The translations under genes and the position numbers were made by a program. DNA of 64,000 nucleotides, taken from positions 50,220,001-50,284,000 of the forward strand of contig OZ336879.1 in assembly GCA_965287045.1 (NCBI GenBank). Reading direction: 5' to 3'. The stretch's first letter is position 1. The number at the start of each line of letters is the position of its first letter. The notes under the pieces were generated by a model. That model was not told the origin of the DNA and made no database searches. It saw only the letters and a list, made by a program, of their open reading frames with translations. Below are positions 50,701 through 62,299 of the stretch, one piece after another. The stretch comes from Carcharhinus amblyrhynchos (taxonomy: Eukaryota).

Positions 50701-52168
50701 ACCTTTGTAGAACAGAAGGGAGCCAGGTCACACATTGAGCTTTCAGCATTGTACAGCCAAAACTGATTAGCTGATGGGTTATTTCTGAGTTTCTACCTTT
50801 ATGATTTTTCAACTTGCTTATGTTCACAGGGAAAAAGTATTTTGCGTACATACTGAGTTAAAGGGTATATGTGGCTTATAACAAGATCATTTGACCATTA
50901 GGAAAAAACACTTCACAACTTACGTGCTTTCTACTTTCTAACTTGAAAGGCTGATATCAGGAACACCCTGAATGACATCTCCCTAGTTCTTTATAATAAC
51001 ATTTATCATGGGCCACTGATGTGGAAACTTTCTTTTTTGAACAGGTACAGAAGGTACAAGTTGATTATCTTTCCCAGAATAACACAAAGCAGAATTAATG
51101 CCACTCCTCTGTGATGGAAACCATGCAGTGTTATAATTTATTTTCTTTGCACAAATGCCAGTCTGTGGGCCAGAACTCAGCAGGGGATTTTTTTTTAGCG
51201 GTTTGTTTGCAATTTCTCACAACCGTCAAGTGTAAAATAAGAGACAGTCCAATACCAAAAGAATAAAAGTAAATGGTTATTTCATGTGTTTTAGGGATTT
51301 TCACACCAGATTTTACCACATTAAATATTAGCCAAATCAAATGCTTTGTTGTCAGGATTTCCTATTGATCCAATGGTCATAAGCATAACTGCCATCATTT
51401 ATGTTTACATTGCAAGTCATTTAAAATTATTCACAAATCTCTGACTGAGGGTTTGTGGTGGACAATGTTTAGGGATTGCTATGTAAAATTTTAAATTTTA
51501 ACAAAAACTTTAACAATAAACAGAATCCACCTGATTGATTTACTTTGGGAAGAATGACAAAATATATTAAAGAAAATGTGTCTTATCGTTGCTGTATTGG
51601 ACTTGATAGAAAGTCTCACTCCTTGCTGGTGTAATAGAAGTTCTTGTATATCATTATATAAATTCACAATGGAGAGGAGAAGACCAAAGTCTTCCTGCAT
51701 TTTCAAGATCTTTATCTGATGTAGCAATTTTAATGGCAAAAATGTCCGCTTCTGCACCAGAACTTGCTTTTAAATTTGAACAGTTCCAAGCCAATTTTGT
51801 GTACTATTTGTATTTTTGTTCACTTGTTATTATTTCTGATCTGCATGTCATTGAGTAAAATGAATAGGCTTGTTAATTATTGTAATAAACCACAATCCTT
51901 CAAGTTTTTAATGACAACTAGACAAAACCAAAGTATGGTGGAAATCTTTCAAAAATAATGGAAGCTTGTTTCATTGCAGATGCATTTATCTCTGCTTCAT
52001 ACCTGAGTATTAGTCTGTTACAGTGTTACCACATGAAGTAAATAATAATGCAGTAGATATTGGAACTCTTGTTACTTCAGGGCAGGGGAAGTTTGGCCAA
52101 TTTGCATCTGTGGATGCTATACCTTTTCAAGAGTCTTAAAAATTGAAGCACGAACTTGGCAACTATCA

Positions 52169-52520
52169 GAACATAAGAACATAAGGAGTAGGAGTAGGAG
52201 CAGGAGTAGGCCATCTAGCCCTTCGAGCCTGCCCCGCCATTCAGTAAGATCATGGCTGATCTGAAGTGGATCAGTTCCACTTTCCCGCTTTCTCCCCATA
52301 ACCCTTAATTCCCTTGCCTACCAAAAACCTATCTACCCATGACTTAACTATATTTAGCGAGGTAGCTTCCACCACTTCAACGGGCAGAGACTTCCAGAGA
52401 TTCACCACCCTTTGAGTGAAGAAGTTCCTCCTCAACTCCATTCTAAACTGCCCCCCCCGCCCCTTATCTTGAGGCTGTGCCCTCTAGTCCTGCTGTCCTT
52501 TCTGAGCAGGAAGAATCTCT
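52169..52520 (-). mobile_element. CR1 LINE 3' fragment
   Basis: GAACATAA tail repeats; near-identical to 12649-12774. Confidence 0.88.
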
Positions 52521-52984
52521 ATTCTCGGGAATATTAGAATGGACAATACGTTCTACACAGGGAGGAAGTATAAAGAAGTAAACAGGGTTTTTAAAATTTG
52601 CAAGAGACAAATACATCATCAAGTTCCCTGTCTGAAACACTTGTGATTATTTTCTGCATTGTCAGATTCAGACATTCCAGATATTAATGCATTCTTTCAG
52701 CTTTAAGTGGTTGCTCTTTCCCAGTTTGCTGTTGAAGGGCAACATAGCCTCCTGCCTTTTCTGCCTCCACTTCTATCAGTGTTCACAGCTGGCTGCTTAT
52801 TTTAGAAAGGCCATTTCTAAAAGCTGAACAGGAGCCTCACTTGATGCAGCTGCTCTCACCATAGATTGAAACATACTGCAAGGCTGGTGTACAACCTGAA
52901 TTCAAAACCATTTTGAAAATTTGTCTTTGGTTGACGTTGCGATTACCTGTTGAATTACATTGATCCTAGCTTCCTTATGCTCAC

Positions 52985-53222
52985 TATGGGTCACTGTGTC
53001 TGCAGAGTCTGCTCTTCCTGTGTCTGCGTGGGATTCCTCTGGGTGATCTGGTTTCCTCACACAGTCCACAAGATGTGCGGGTTAGGAGCATTGGCCATGG
53101 TAAATTGCCCCTTAATGTTCCTGAGCAGGCCCCAGGGTATGGCAAATAGGGGATTTTCACAGTAACTTCATTGCAGTGTTAATGTAAGCCAATACTTATG
53201 ATACTAATAAATAAACTTTAAA
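52985..53222 (+). mobile_element. 5'-truncated V-SINE with a different 3' tail
   Basis: V-domain followed by GGGGATTTTCACAGTAACTTCATTGCAGTGTTAATGTAAGCC...TAATAAATAAAC. Confidence 0.7.
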
Positions 53223-53502
53223 AAAAACATGCTTAATAATTTCTCAGGGACAACTTTGTTATAGGATTGATTATAGCTCTCTTATTTACATTATTGTTTT
53301 ATCTGATGACTGAAAATGCCTCAACTCACTCTATCAATTCGAATTATGTTCATACATAAAAGTTTGATATTCTGTACGTAATAAAGTGCATAACTTTCTG
53401 AATTTGTTTACTTTTGTTAAATATATTTTCCTCATGTTCTTTAACTTGACGCTGAACAAAATAACAAAATTGCTTTTAAGTTCAATGTAGATTTTTCATA
53501 TT

Positions 53503-54082
53503 GGGTAGGGTTTTACAGCCTTGCTCGAGCGAGACTGGAAATTCCCGCCTGCCGTCAATTTCCTTTGTCGGACTACAGACAAGGTGGTAGAATTCAGGGG
53601 AATGTGTCTGACTGTGTGGGAATGGATTAAAGAACAAACCTCAACATTAAAGTATATTGGAACATTACCACCTGCTGGAATTACAGCAGCATTGCAATGG
53701 AAACGGAGGGCTGGCTTTTCAGAATCAGGATGGTGCCATAGCCATTTAAAAATGATGGGTGCAATCTTTACCGCCATTTTTGGCATACGCCTGCTGCAGC
53801 AAAGTCTGAGAATTTGATGCCCAGCCAAATCTCCACTCACTGCAACGGGATGGGAAAATCCAGCTGGCATGAATGGCTGTAACACTCCGGGTGATGGCTG
53901 GAATGTACCATGGAACCCATGTGCTTTGTGGCAGTAGGAGGTGGGCAGCCGTTGGCCAGTGCCAGGATCTCTGGTCCTGCCCTTATCAATAGTTTCCTGT
54001 TGAATGCACTCCTTGCCACTGTGAAATGTACAGTGGGACCAGAAGATCCTGATAGCGTGAACAGCCGGAAAATTCTGCCCAC
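53503..54082. mobile_element. Cluster of tandem or nested MITEs
   Basis: Repeated TIR-like ends GGAAATTCCCGCC, GGAAAATCCAGC, GGAAAATTCTGCCC. Confidence 0.5.
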
Positions 54083-54535
54083 TGGGTGGACTCAAACTTT
54101 GGATTCTTACCCCCATTCCTGGCATTGACAACTTTAGCCAGCATGGAGGAAGATGTGGATAATGAACCTGCACCATGCACTCCTGATCTGGCCATTTTCA
54201 TTGAGCGGGTTAGTGTCTTCTAGTTCTGAACAACTTTCATGAAGTTCGGGCAATTTCTCTGTGATTTGTGATTCACGGCACCTCAGAGGATTTATGAATA
54301 ATCTGAATGTGTCAACTCTTTGAAAGAGGACTTCAAAAGTTCTTATTCATGCCCTCCAGCCACCTCTCCATGTCAGCTCAATGCCAACTTATGCCCAAGT
54401 CACTCCCCATGTTCCTTTATGCTTTCTTGCTAACTATATCCCTCCCATGCTCATTGGTGCCAACATGAATTATGGACATAACCAATGAGCCAAATTACAA
54501 AAAAGGCAAGTGTGCAACTGCTGAGAAAAAAGCAG

Positions 54536-54714
54536 TGATGTGGAGATGCCGGCGTTGGACTGGGGTAAGCACAGTAAGAAGTCTCACAACACCAGGTTAA
54601 AGTCCAACAGGTTTATTTGGTAGCATAAGCCACAAACTTTCGGTGCAGTGCTCCGAAAGTTTATAGCTTGTGCTATCAAATAAACCTGCTGGATTTTAAG
54701 CTGGTGTTGTGAGA
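54536..54714. repeat. Penelope-like pLTR-derived element forming a 133-nt palindrome (54582-54714)
   Basis: TCTCACAACACCAGGTTAAAGTCCAACAGGTTTATTTGGTAGCA...CTTTCGG pairs with CCGAAAG...TGCTATCAAATAAACCTGCTGGATTTTAAGCTGGTGTTGTGAGA. Confidence 0.8.
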
Positions 54715-55016
54715 AAAAAGCACCCATTAAAGAAATGTTTTTTAAAAATAAACTGCTGTTCCTCCGACTTTATCAGATAATCAGTCAGGCAGCCCATTAA
54801 ACAGCTCACAGCTCTTAATCTTATCTAAATAAAGAGATCAGAGAAAGAGCAACCTGCTTTAACAACTTACAGTTGCCAGTCAAGCAAAGTCAACAATTCA
54901 CATCACTTTGCAAAATAGAATCTCTGCTGAGCTCATGCTTTTATTGGGAAGGGTTCCCAGCCAAGCATGCATAGATGAAGGAGGGCGTGAAACCCAAACC
55001 AGTGAATTGTTGTCTT

Positions 55017-56157
55017 TGGATGGAATTCTCTGAAATACCGGCTGGTAGGTTTCATAGCAGGGATAGCGGGGAGGATATGGCAGGAGTTCAGAAATCAGTT
55101 TTACAGCAATGTGAATTTACAGCGGTATCTGCCACTGGTGCTACTATGGCAGATTGGAAACCCACCAGAGACATTGGTGAACTTCATTTGCAGCCCCCAC
55201 TCCCACCTCTCCATGCCACAATCCTGGCAGGAAAACTTGCCAGTCTGAAACAAGTTTAGGAGAAGGTGGCTTGCAGATGTTTAGGAGTCATCAGAACAAT
55301 GACTAGGGCTGCCTTTGAATGGAGGCCACCTTTAACACTGAAACACCACAGCAGTGGATTGGGGGAGCAGGAAGATATTCCTGGAGGGGGCCTATCTTCC
55401 AGTCTCAATATATGTGGTGATCCATCTTTGTTCTCAGGGAATTCATCTTCTAGTCCCTCAGTGCTCCGAGAGATCCATCATCGTTTTCAGGAGATGCTCC
55501 TTCGTCAGTGATGTTAGATGTCTTTTCAAAATTGCATTGGGACACAACAGTGTATTAAGCCATTCAGGTCTGCCCTGCAATTCCACACGGAGTGAAACAC
55601 TGGGTACATAATTAATGAGATCAGGCCCAGAAGATTTGGTGTGCTTTCCCACCAGCTGCCGCAACAGGAAACACTCCATATTCCCACCCCCGGCTTGGCA
55701 CTTTGTCTTAATTTGGAGAATTCCAAATTCAAACACATTTCTTAATAGATCTTCATATTCTCAGCAATGCCATACTTGCCATTGGTATGAAACAGTTCTT
55801 TGATTATGTACATTGTGCAAATTGAATGAATGGGCATGGAAGGGGCATGAGTTGGTCGGTGGCTTGGGGGGGATGAGCTGGCATTGAATTGGCATGGAAA
55901 GTGTGAGGGGCCCTGGGGAGTGGATTGGGGGTATAAGTGCTAGAGGGTCTAACTGCTTTTGCAATTGAAATGAAGAACCGAGGTGGACTTTTTACAACCA
56001 GTCCATCCCCTTGCTGTCTAAGATCTGCTTCTGGGGTTGGCAGGCTGGATTTTATCCTGCACTTGTGTTCCAAAATCTGGGTGTTTCAAATCCAGTCTGG
56101 TCTGTCAAGTTAGGAGATTTTCCAATTCATCCACCCTCAGTAGGAAAATCCTAGCCC
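55017..56157. mobile_element. Degraded DNA transposon with TIR-like ends
   Basis: GGATGGAATTCTC...GAAAATCCTAGCCC ends resemble the other TIR families here. Confidence 0.45.
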
Positions 56158-56637
56158 ACAATACCATGAGAATAAAGCATTTATGTAGCATATTTCACAG
56201 TTGCAAGATGACAATCATGCTTTACTGTCGATGTTGGGCTTCTGAAGTATAGGCACAAGTGTAATGATTATTAGAAACCACATCATAAGCCAGACATTGC
56301 AGTTTAAAAAAAGATTGAGCTGTAGCTTGCTATAGGCATGTTGCCTCGGGAACGCTGTGAAGAATAGTTTATCAAACCAGATTAACGTGTACACTGCTAT
56401 ATGAAACCATAAAAATTATAACAGAACTTGAACTGTAAACTGACTGTATGTGGTGATTCATCACATCCCTACAGCATATTGCAGCATACAGTAAATGTGA
56501 TTGAAGGGAATATCAAGTGGAAGCCAGATGCATTTTTGTTTAGGTATTTGCAGTCAAGAAACTGGATCAACCATTAACAATCTTAAAAGATAAGTTACAT
56601 TGCTCTCCCTCCAATTGTGTATTATTTTTAAAGATAA

Positions 56638-57240
56638 CGGGTGGAATTCTTCCAAAAAAATTCTAAATGTTGAATTTGCAGGCAAACTGGAGTAATTCAT
56701 GCTGGTTTTTTCAGTGGGAATTCACACTAGAATCTCCCACACTCTGCACGGCAGAGCCCACCAGTGTGAATATCATTAAATTTCAGGGAGCGCAGCCTAC
56801 TCCCGTCCGGGAGGCTGAAATGAGCGGGCCTCTGCACATACGCAGTGGCCCCAAACTATCAGCCTCCCGTTTGTTGGCCAGCTTGACCGCGGGCCAGCCT
56901 GGGACCCCCACAGTGCTGCCTTCCCAATCCCCCATGGCTTGATTGCGGCCCCCTGACCATTCTTGGCATTCCCCCCATCGTGGACCGCCCCGATCTCCAG
57001 CCCCACCACCCCCCACTGTGCCAACCCCTCCCCCCTCTGGCAGACCCTCACCCCCCCCAACAGATCCCCATAGTCCCAGCATAACCCTAGCTGCAGTCTG
57101 CCCCAATTGCTGGCCTCCCAGCCATCTCCATCGATCTCAATGCAAAGTGGCAGCGGGACTCCCACCCCTACTGATTGCCCCCATATGCCCCACCCTTTGA
57201 ACCCGGAGCTTCTGGCTCAGAGGCAGGGCCACAACCCATT
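56638..57240. mobile_element. Non-autonomous DNA transposon (family of 30076)
   Basis: GGGTGGAATTCTTCCAAAAAAATTCTAA..AAACTGGAGTAA; C-rich interior. Confidence 0.6.
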
Positions 57241-57260
57241 GCACCACAAGATCTCTCATT

Positions 57261-57400
57261 GTGGAATCCCATCCCTAAATCTCTCTGTCTTTTGTTCTTC
57301 CTTTAAGATGCACCTTAAAACCTACCAATTTGATTAAACTTTGAGTCACCTGCCATAATATTGTTTCATGTATCTCAGTGTTGAATTTTATTTCTGCTCT
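57261..57400 (+). mobile_element. L2 LINE 3' fragment
   Basis: TGGAAT..CCCTAAA..TCCTTTAAGATGCACCTTAAAACCTAC = WN..P...SFK.HLKTY.F. Confidence 0.6.
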
Positions 57401-58933
57401 AGTCTTTTATCCAAGTTATTTTTAAAAATCCACCCAGATGAGTACATGGATTTACAAACAACAAATGTCATATGGACCAACCCTTCCAGAAGAGATTCTC
57501 TAGATTTCTCAGAAGTGTGTTTTCCAAAACTACACTGGATTGAGAGAGAAGTATGATTACATTTTATTTAATTTGTCTGAATTCATGAATTTGGCAGGGA
57601 AATACATTTGTAAATATTGATTTTATTGCTTGACAATGTCTTGTCTTCAGTTACATGTTGGTTCTCCATCTCTGAGGCATCTGATCAAAAATTGATCATT
57701 GAAAGGTGTAAAAGGAAATCTATCATTATAATTTTAGCATAATTATACAAAAGCATTGTCAGAAATGACCATTCACAAATAAACAAGATGGAGACATTGA
57801 ATTATGAGGCCACTTGCTTAAAGAATGCATCAATAAACTTTAATTCAATCAGTAAGAAGTGTACACTGACATATGAGACGATACAAATTCTTGATACCAA
57901 GACTTGAAACGTAAGCTGCCAGTATATTGTGATAGCACCAACACAGCAATGGAGTAAAACATAGACTGGATTACAGTACATGTGAAGGGGAAACCAGTTG
58001 GAGGCTAACCGCATCATCAAAGAAGGCGATGGGAAAAAACAGATGGGAACTCTTTTACTTACTCTTCCACAGCTCTTGTGAGACCTTCAGCAGTGGCCTG
58101 ATGAGTGATCTTGGAGAAAGCCACCTACCCCATGCTTCCATTCATAAAGGGAGAAAATGTGTACACATATCCAAAACAAAATTAGTAAACACACTAGTAA
58201 ATGTGCTTTTTTCCTCCCTTTTAGTTCCTCCTGGGATACTTACAGTAAGCTGCTTCATTGCTGTTAACCTAAGCTGTTCATACCTAAGCTGCAACATACC
58301 AAGGTCAAAAAAGGAATGTGTCAAATCACCTTTCTTTTCAAAATGATTTCTGCTAAATATTTTGGAGATACCCATTTTGAAGAAGTGGGTGATGCAAAGC
58401 ACTCTATATTGCCTGTCTTTAGTTGCCTCAAACTGGCAGTGAGCCTTCAGCTTAGGCTGCTGATGGTGCTCCACAAGGTGCTATGCAGGAATTGTAGAAT
58501 TTTGAGCCAGTGATATTAAAGAACTAGGCCGCGATGGTTTAGGCTTGGCACTTGCATTCAAATGAGTACACAAACATTGAAAAATCAAAACACTGAATTC
58601 CTATGGTTCGTTAGAAGTCCGCACACTCTTAAATTTGTTTGGTGACCAAATCCCTGTTGCTTTATCCAAAGTAACATCTGAGTGACAAATACATACATCA
58701 AAAAAGCACAAAGGTCATGTGTATTTTAAGGTATGGGTGTTCCTTTCATAGTAGCAATGGAATGATTGTTTTTGAAAAATGCACATTTCATAACTTGTAT
58801 TCACAACCATAATCTTCTTGCCAATTAAGGATTGATATGGTGGATATGTTATTGTTTCTATGAGTGAGAGTATTTCCCAGTGCTACATAGCGCTGCCTTT
58901 GCAGAACCTTCTGTTCTATTTATGTATGAAGAA

Positions 58934-59252
58934 TGGATGGCACAGTGGTTAGCATTGCTGTCTCACAGCGCCAGGGACTCAGGTTCAATTCAGGGCTCAG
59001 GTCACTGTCTATGTGGAGCTTGCATGTTTTCCCCATGTCTGCGTGGGTTTCTTCTGAATGCTTCAGTTTCCTCCCGTACTCCAAAGATTTGCGAGTTAGG
59101 TTGATTGGCCGTGATAAATTAACCCTAATGTCAGGGGAATTAATAGGGTAAGTATGTGGGGTTACGGGAAAAGGGGTTGGGTGGGATTTTGGTTGGTACT
59201 GACTTGATGGGCTGAATGGTCTCTTGTTCTGTAGGGATTCTATGATTCTAAG
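58934..59252 (+). mobile_element. HE1-type V-SINE
   Basis: Full match. Confidence 0.88.
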
Positions 59253-60284
59253 AATGCAATATAGTTATGGGCTACTTTGAGATAACCTATTTACTGTTCA
59301 CTCATTCTGGCAATTCCTGCATATTAAGTAACAGGAATCTACAGTGCCATATTTAGAGTGTGCTAACAATAAAGACATTTATACTTCCACTAACTTAATG
59401 AAATGTTCCAAGGCAGTTCATATTGAAATGCCTGAAAGCAAAAAGGTGCAGTCGAGAAGTGTAGGGAAGGAATACCAGAACTTGGAGCCTAGGCCACTGA
59501 AGGCATACTTACCAGTGATGCAATAATTATAATTGGGAAAGTGCAAGATGATCGAATGAGAGGAGTGTGGATATCAGGGTAATTAAAATGGTGCTTCCCC
59601 AGTGAGTGCTGCCTGCCTGTGGAAGGTTTCTAATCTTCACTGGGGGAGATGGCAAATGACTTTGGACCTGGCAACCTGCCCCTAGAAGGAGCATCTTCAG
59701 ACTGGACCAACTATGCATGGATGAAAGGCTGTCTAGACTGGTTAACAGGCAGCAGCAGATGCGCTAGTGGAGTGTCAGTGATGGGAGAGCCAATGTTGTC
59801 ATTCTGAGAGAGAATAGCATGGCACTCCCCTGAGGTAGCAACTGAGCAATTTCCCCTCGAGTGCAGGTTGCTGGAGATCCTGCAAGCTGCTGTGAGCACC
59901 GGTATCTCCATCCATGATGAAAGTTGACTGAAAGTCCTGCCTTCTCAACCTTGCCCCTCTCCTGAAATGTGGTGATCTACAGGTTAAATTAACACTAGTC
60001 AGCTCTCCCCCTCAAAGGGTCATCTGGGACTATGACATCTTTATCCCACCTCTACCATAGTGGTGCTCGCTCGCATGAGACATGCAGCCTTGCAACACTG
60101 CGCTGGGCTGGGTTGTATTCCAGAAACATTTGAATAATAAGCAGCATGAAGTTTGAATGAACAGGGGGTAACCTTGTTCCTGAATCAGATTTTGGGGCTC
60201 TCCAATTCCTTGAAGCCTTTAATGCTTAGAAATGATATAATTCTATACCACTTTGAAGAATTATTTTAATATCCAACATTGAGT

Positions 60285-60665
60285 TGTTTTCTCTAGAGTA
60301 GAGAAGACTGAGAGATGACCTGATTGAGATGTTCAAGATTACGAGGACATGGATAGGATGGATAGGGACCGGATATTCCCCTTAGTTGAAGGGTCAGTTA
60401 CGAGGGGACACAAGTTAAAACTGAGGGTTAGGGGTGATTTGAGGAAAAACCTTTTTAACCAGAGGATGGTGATGGTGTGGAATGCTCTGCCTGGGAAGGT
60501 GGTGGAGGCAGGATGCCACGCATCCTTTAAAAAGTACCTAGATAAGTACTTGACATGCCATAACATGCTGGCAAGCAGGATTAGGTGGACAGGTCAGGGC
60601 CTTTCACACAGTAGTACGGACTCAATGGACTGAAGAGCTCTTCTGCAGTGTAGTACTCTGTGATT
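60285..60665 (+). mobile_element. CR1 LINE 3' fragment
   Basis: MDRMDRDRIFPLVEGSVTRGHKLK...RKNLFNQRMVMVWNALP. Confidence 0.88.
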
Positions 60666-61116
60666 CATTTTATATTCTGTCAGAATGCCAGAAATAGAGT
60701 TAAATTTCCATTTTATACTTCCAATTTGCAAATACTCCTTTGTGCACTTTGTATATCTAATTTGCCCTGGAATCCTCCTATCTGCAAGAACAAGTTTGGT
60801 TGGCTTGCTTCTCAGTGAATCCAATTATATCTTTGCTTCAGGGAACCAAACAGGTTCTAATTAGTTGATCTTAATTTTTAATCAGTTGTAAGTAGCTGGC
60901 AATTCCTCCTCACAATTGTACTCCGAAAATGTCCGCAACTTTTAATTACACAAATGCAAAGTATCCAATATATAACTTTCTTTGAGTGAGAAATACCAAT
61001 ACCAATTCATGTGAAAGTCTATAAAACCGAACTGTGCAAAGGCAAGTCCAGCTAATGGCAGATGTCATTAGATTTGCCGCTGAGAGAAAGAGTTGAACAA
61101 GAGACAGATATAGTAG

Positions 61117-61218
61117 CCAGTATTTTACAACCTCGCTTAGGCGAGGCTCATAAAATCCCACCCAAGGACATTCTGCAAGCCCCAATTCCAGGGCAGGCTT
61201 GCTGGTAAAATTCCGGCC
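61117..61218. mobile_element. Short MITE (family of 4114) just past the TYR stop
   Basis: ATTTTACAACCTCGCTTAGGCGAGGCTCATAAAAT hairpin and GGTAAAATTCCGGCC end. Confidence 0.65.
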
Positions 61219-61310
61219 AGTGGGAAGGATAAATAAGGGGCTATTTTGTTGAGGTTGTTCCTATTTGTTTCAGAAAGTTCTCAATATCAGACAAAGTTTG
61301 TATCTTGTAC

Positions 61311-61316
61311 TTTAAT
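61311..61316 (-). terminator. Candidate TYR poly(A) signal (ATTAAA on - strand)
   Basis: tttaat on + strand about 135 nt past the TYR stop; another candidate at 60941. Confidence 0.3.
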
Positions 61317-61451
61317 CTGATAGTGTCTAGGGTAGGAGGTCACTGTGTTATACAGATTTCTTTTCTTTCGGCAGCATCAGATAGGTTATAGTTGTCAATT
61401 CATGTGTTAGCATTTCTTTGCGCATCAGCAATCGAGTTTTGAACCAACCAT

Positions 61452-61684
61452 TCACATAGCTGTTTGGTAGGTTACGCCTTGGTCCTCGTCACGGCCACTT
61501 AGCAGAGGCTGCCTCTCTTCAAAGGTGGAGTTTCGCTTCTTCCTCGTCTGACAGACCTGTGTAACAATATAATTAAATAGTGCTGTCACCAAGCAGCCAA
61601 ACACTGCAGCACCCAGCAACCAAGGCCAGATCTGCTTGGCTTCCTGTAGATAGGGAGCAAGGATTTCCTGGATTGAAGGCGGTA
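61452..61684 (-). CDS. TYR: Tyrosinase last coding exon (TM helix and cytosolic sorting tail)
   Basis: Minus-strand acceptor cttgtatttttcag|TA CCG (phase 1, as TYR intron 4); PPSIQEILAPYLQEAKQIWPWLLGAAVFGCLVTALFNYIVTQVCQTRKKRNSTFEERQPLLSGRDEDQGVTYQTAM* vs human SYLEQASRIWSWLLGAA...EEKQPLL...YQSHL; synteny with NOX4. Confidence 0.93.
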
Positions 61685-61816
61685 CTGAAAAATACAAGAG
61701 AGAAGAAAGGAATATGTTAAAAAATATCAACAGCAGACATAGATTGAAAGCAGCTCTGGCACGTCTGTTGTTTCCAGGACAGAAGAATTTATAGTAAATT
61801 ACTCTGGAATTACATT

Positions 61817-62275
61817 GAACAAAGAACAAAAACAGCCCGGGAAACAGACCCTTTGGCCCAACGAGCCTGCGCTGCCATTTTAATATTACCAGTCCCCCCT
61901 CCACCCATGACCCCTATCTATTGTTTTTATGGCAATCCAGATTGAGGGAAACTAATTTAGGGACAATTTATTACTTCCAATCAGCCTAATAGCACATCTT
62001 TGGGGTGTGGGAGGAAACCAGAGCGTCTGGAGAAAACCCACGCAAGCACAGGGAGAATGCGCAAACTCCCACAGACTCTGGCCCAAATCCACGTGTCTGC
62101 ACAGCAAACAGTGATAGTCACTGAGCTGTCGTGTTGCCCAGCATCTGGTCCAGTTTAAGCACACACTAACGACATGAAGTACTAGGCCAATCTCGAACAT
62201 TCAAGAGCAGCCCAAGTACGACCCATTGTGTGTACGCCCCTCGTTGGACAACAAGGCGGACTGACTTAAAACCTG
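61817..62275 (-). mobile_element. Atypical V-SINE with extended CpG-rich 5' head, copy 2 (sense in the last TYR intron)
   Basis: Collinear with 19879-20337 over its full length. Confidence 0.85.
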
Positions 62276-62299
62276 TGAATTAAAAGAGAAAAAACATTA

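Larger units (their letters stand above)
49109..53410 (+). other. NOX4: Probable NOX4 3' UTR region with several candidate poly(A) signals
   Basis: ATTAAA 49603-49608; AATAAA at 51262, 51515, 51884 and 53380. The true 3' end cannot be fixed from DNA alone. Confidence 0.45.

Noticed and set aside
53496-54176. Longest ORF in the track (226 aa)
   Set aside because: It crosses several adjacent MITEs and has no recognisable domain; likely a chance ORF.
272-59252. tRNA genes suggested by recurring TGGCACAGTGGTTAGC...GGTTCAATTCC
   Set aside because: Each runs on into a V-domain and LINE-like tail, so these are SINE heads, not tRNA genes.
61685-61904. N-terminal half of the 150-aa ORF as TYR coding sequence
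   Set aside because: It lies upstream of the splice acceptor and consists of SINE tail and polypyrimidine tract.
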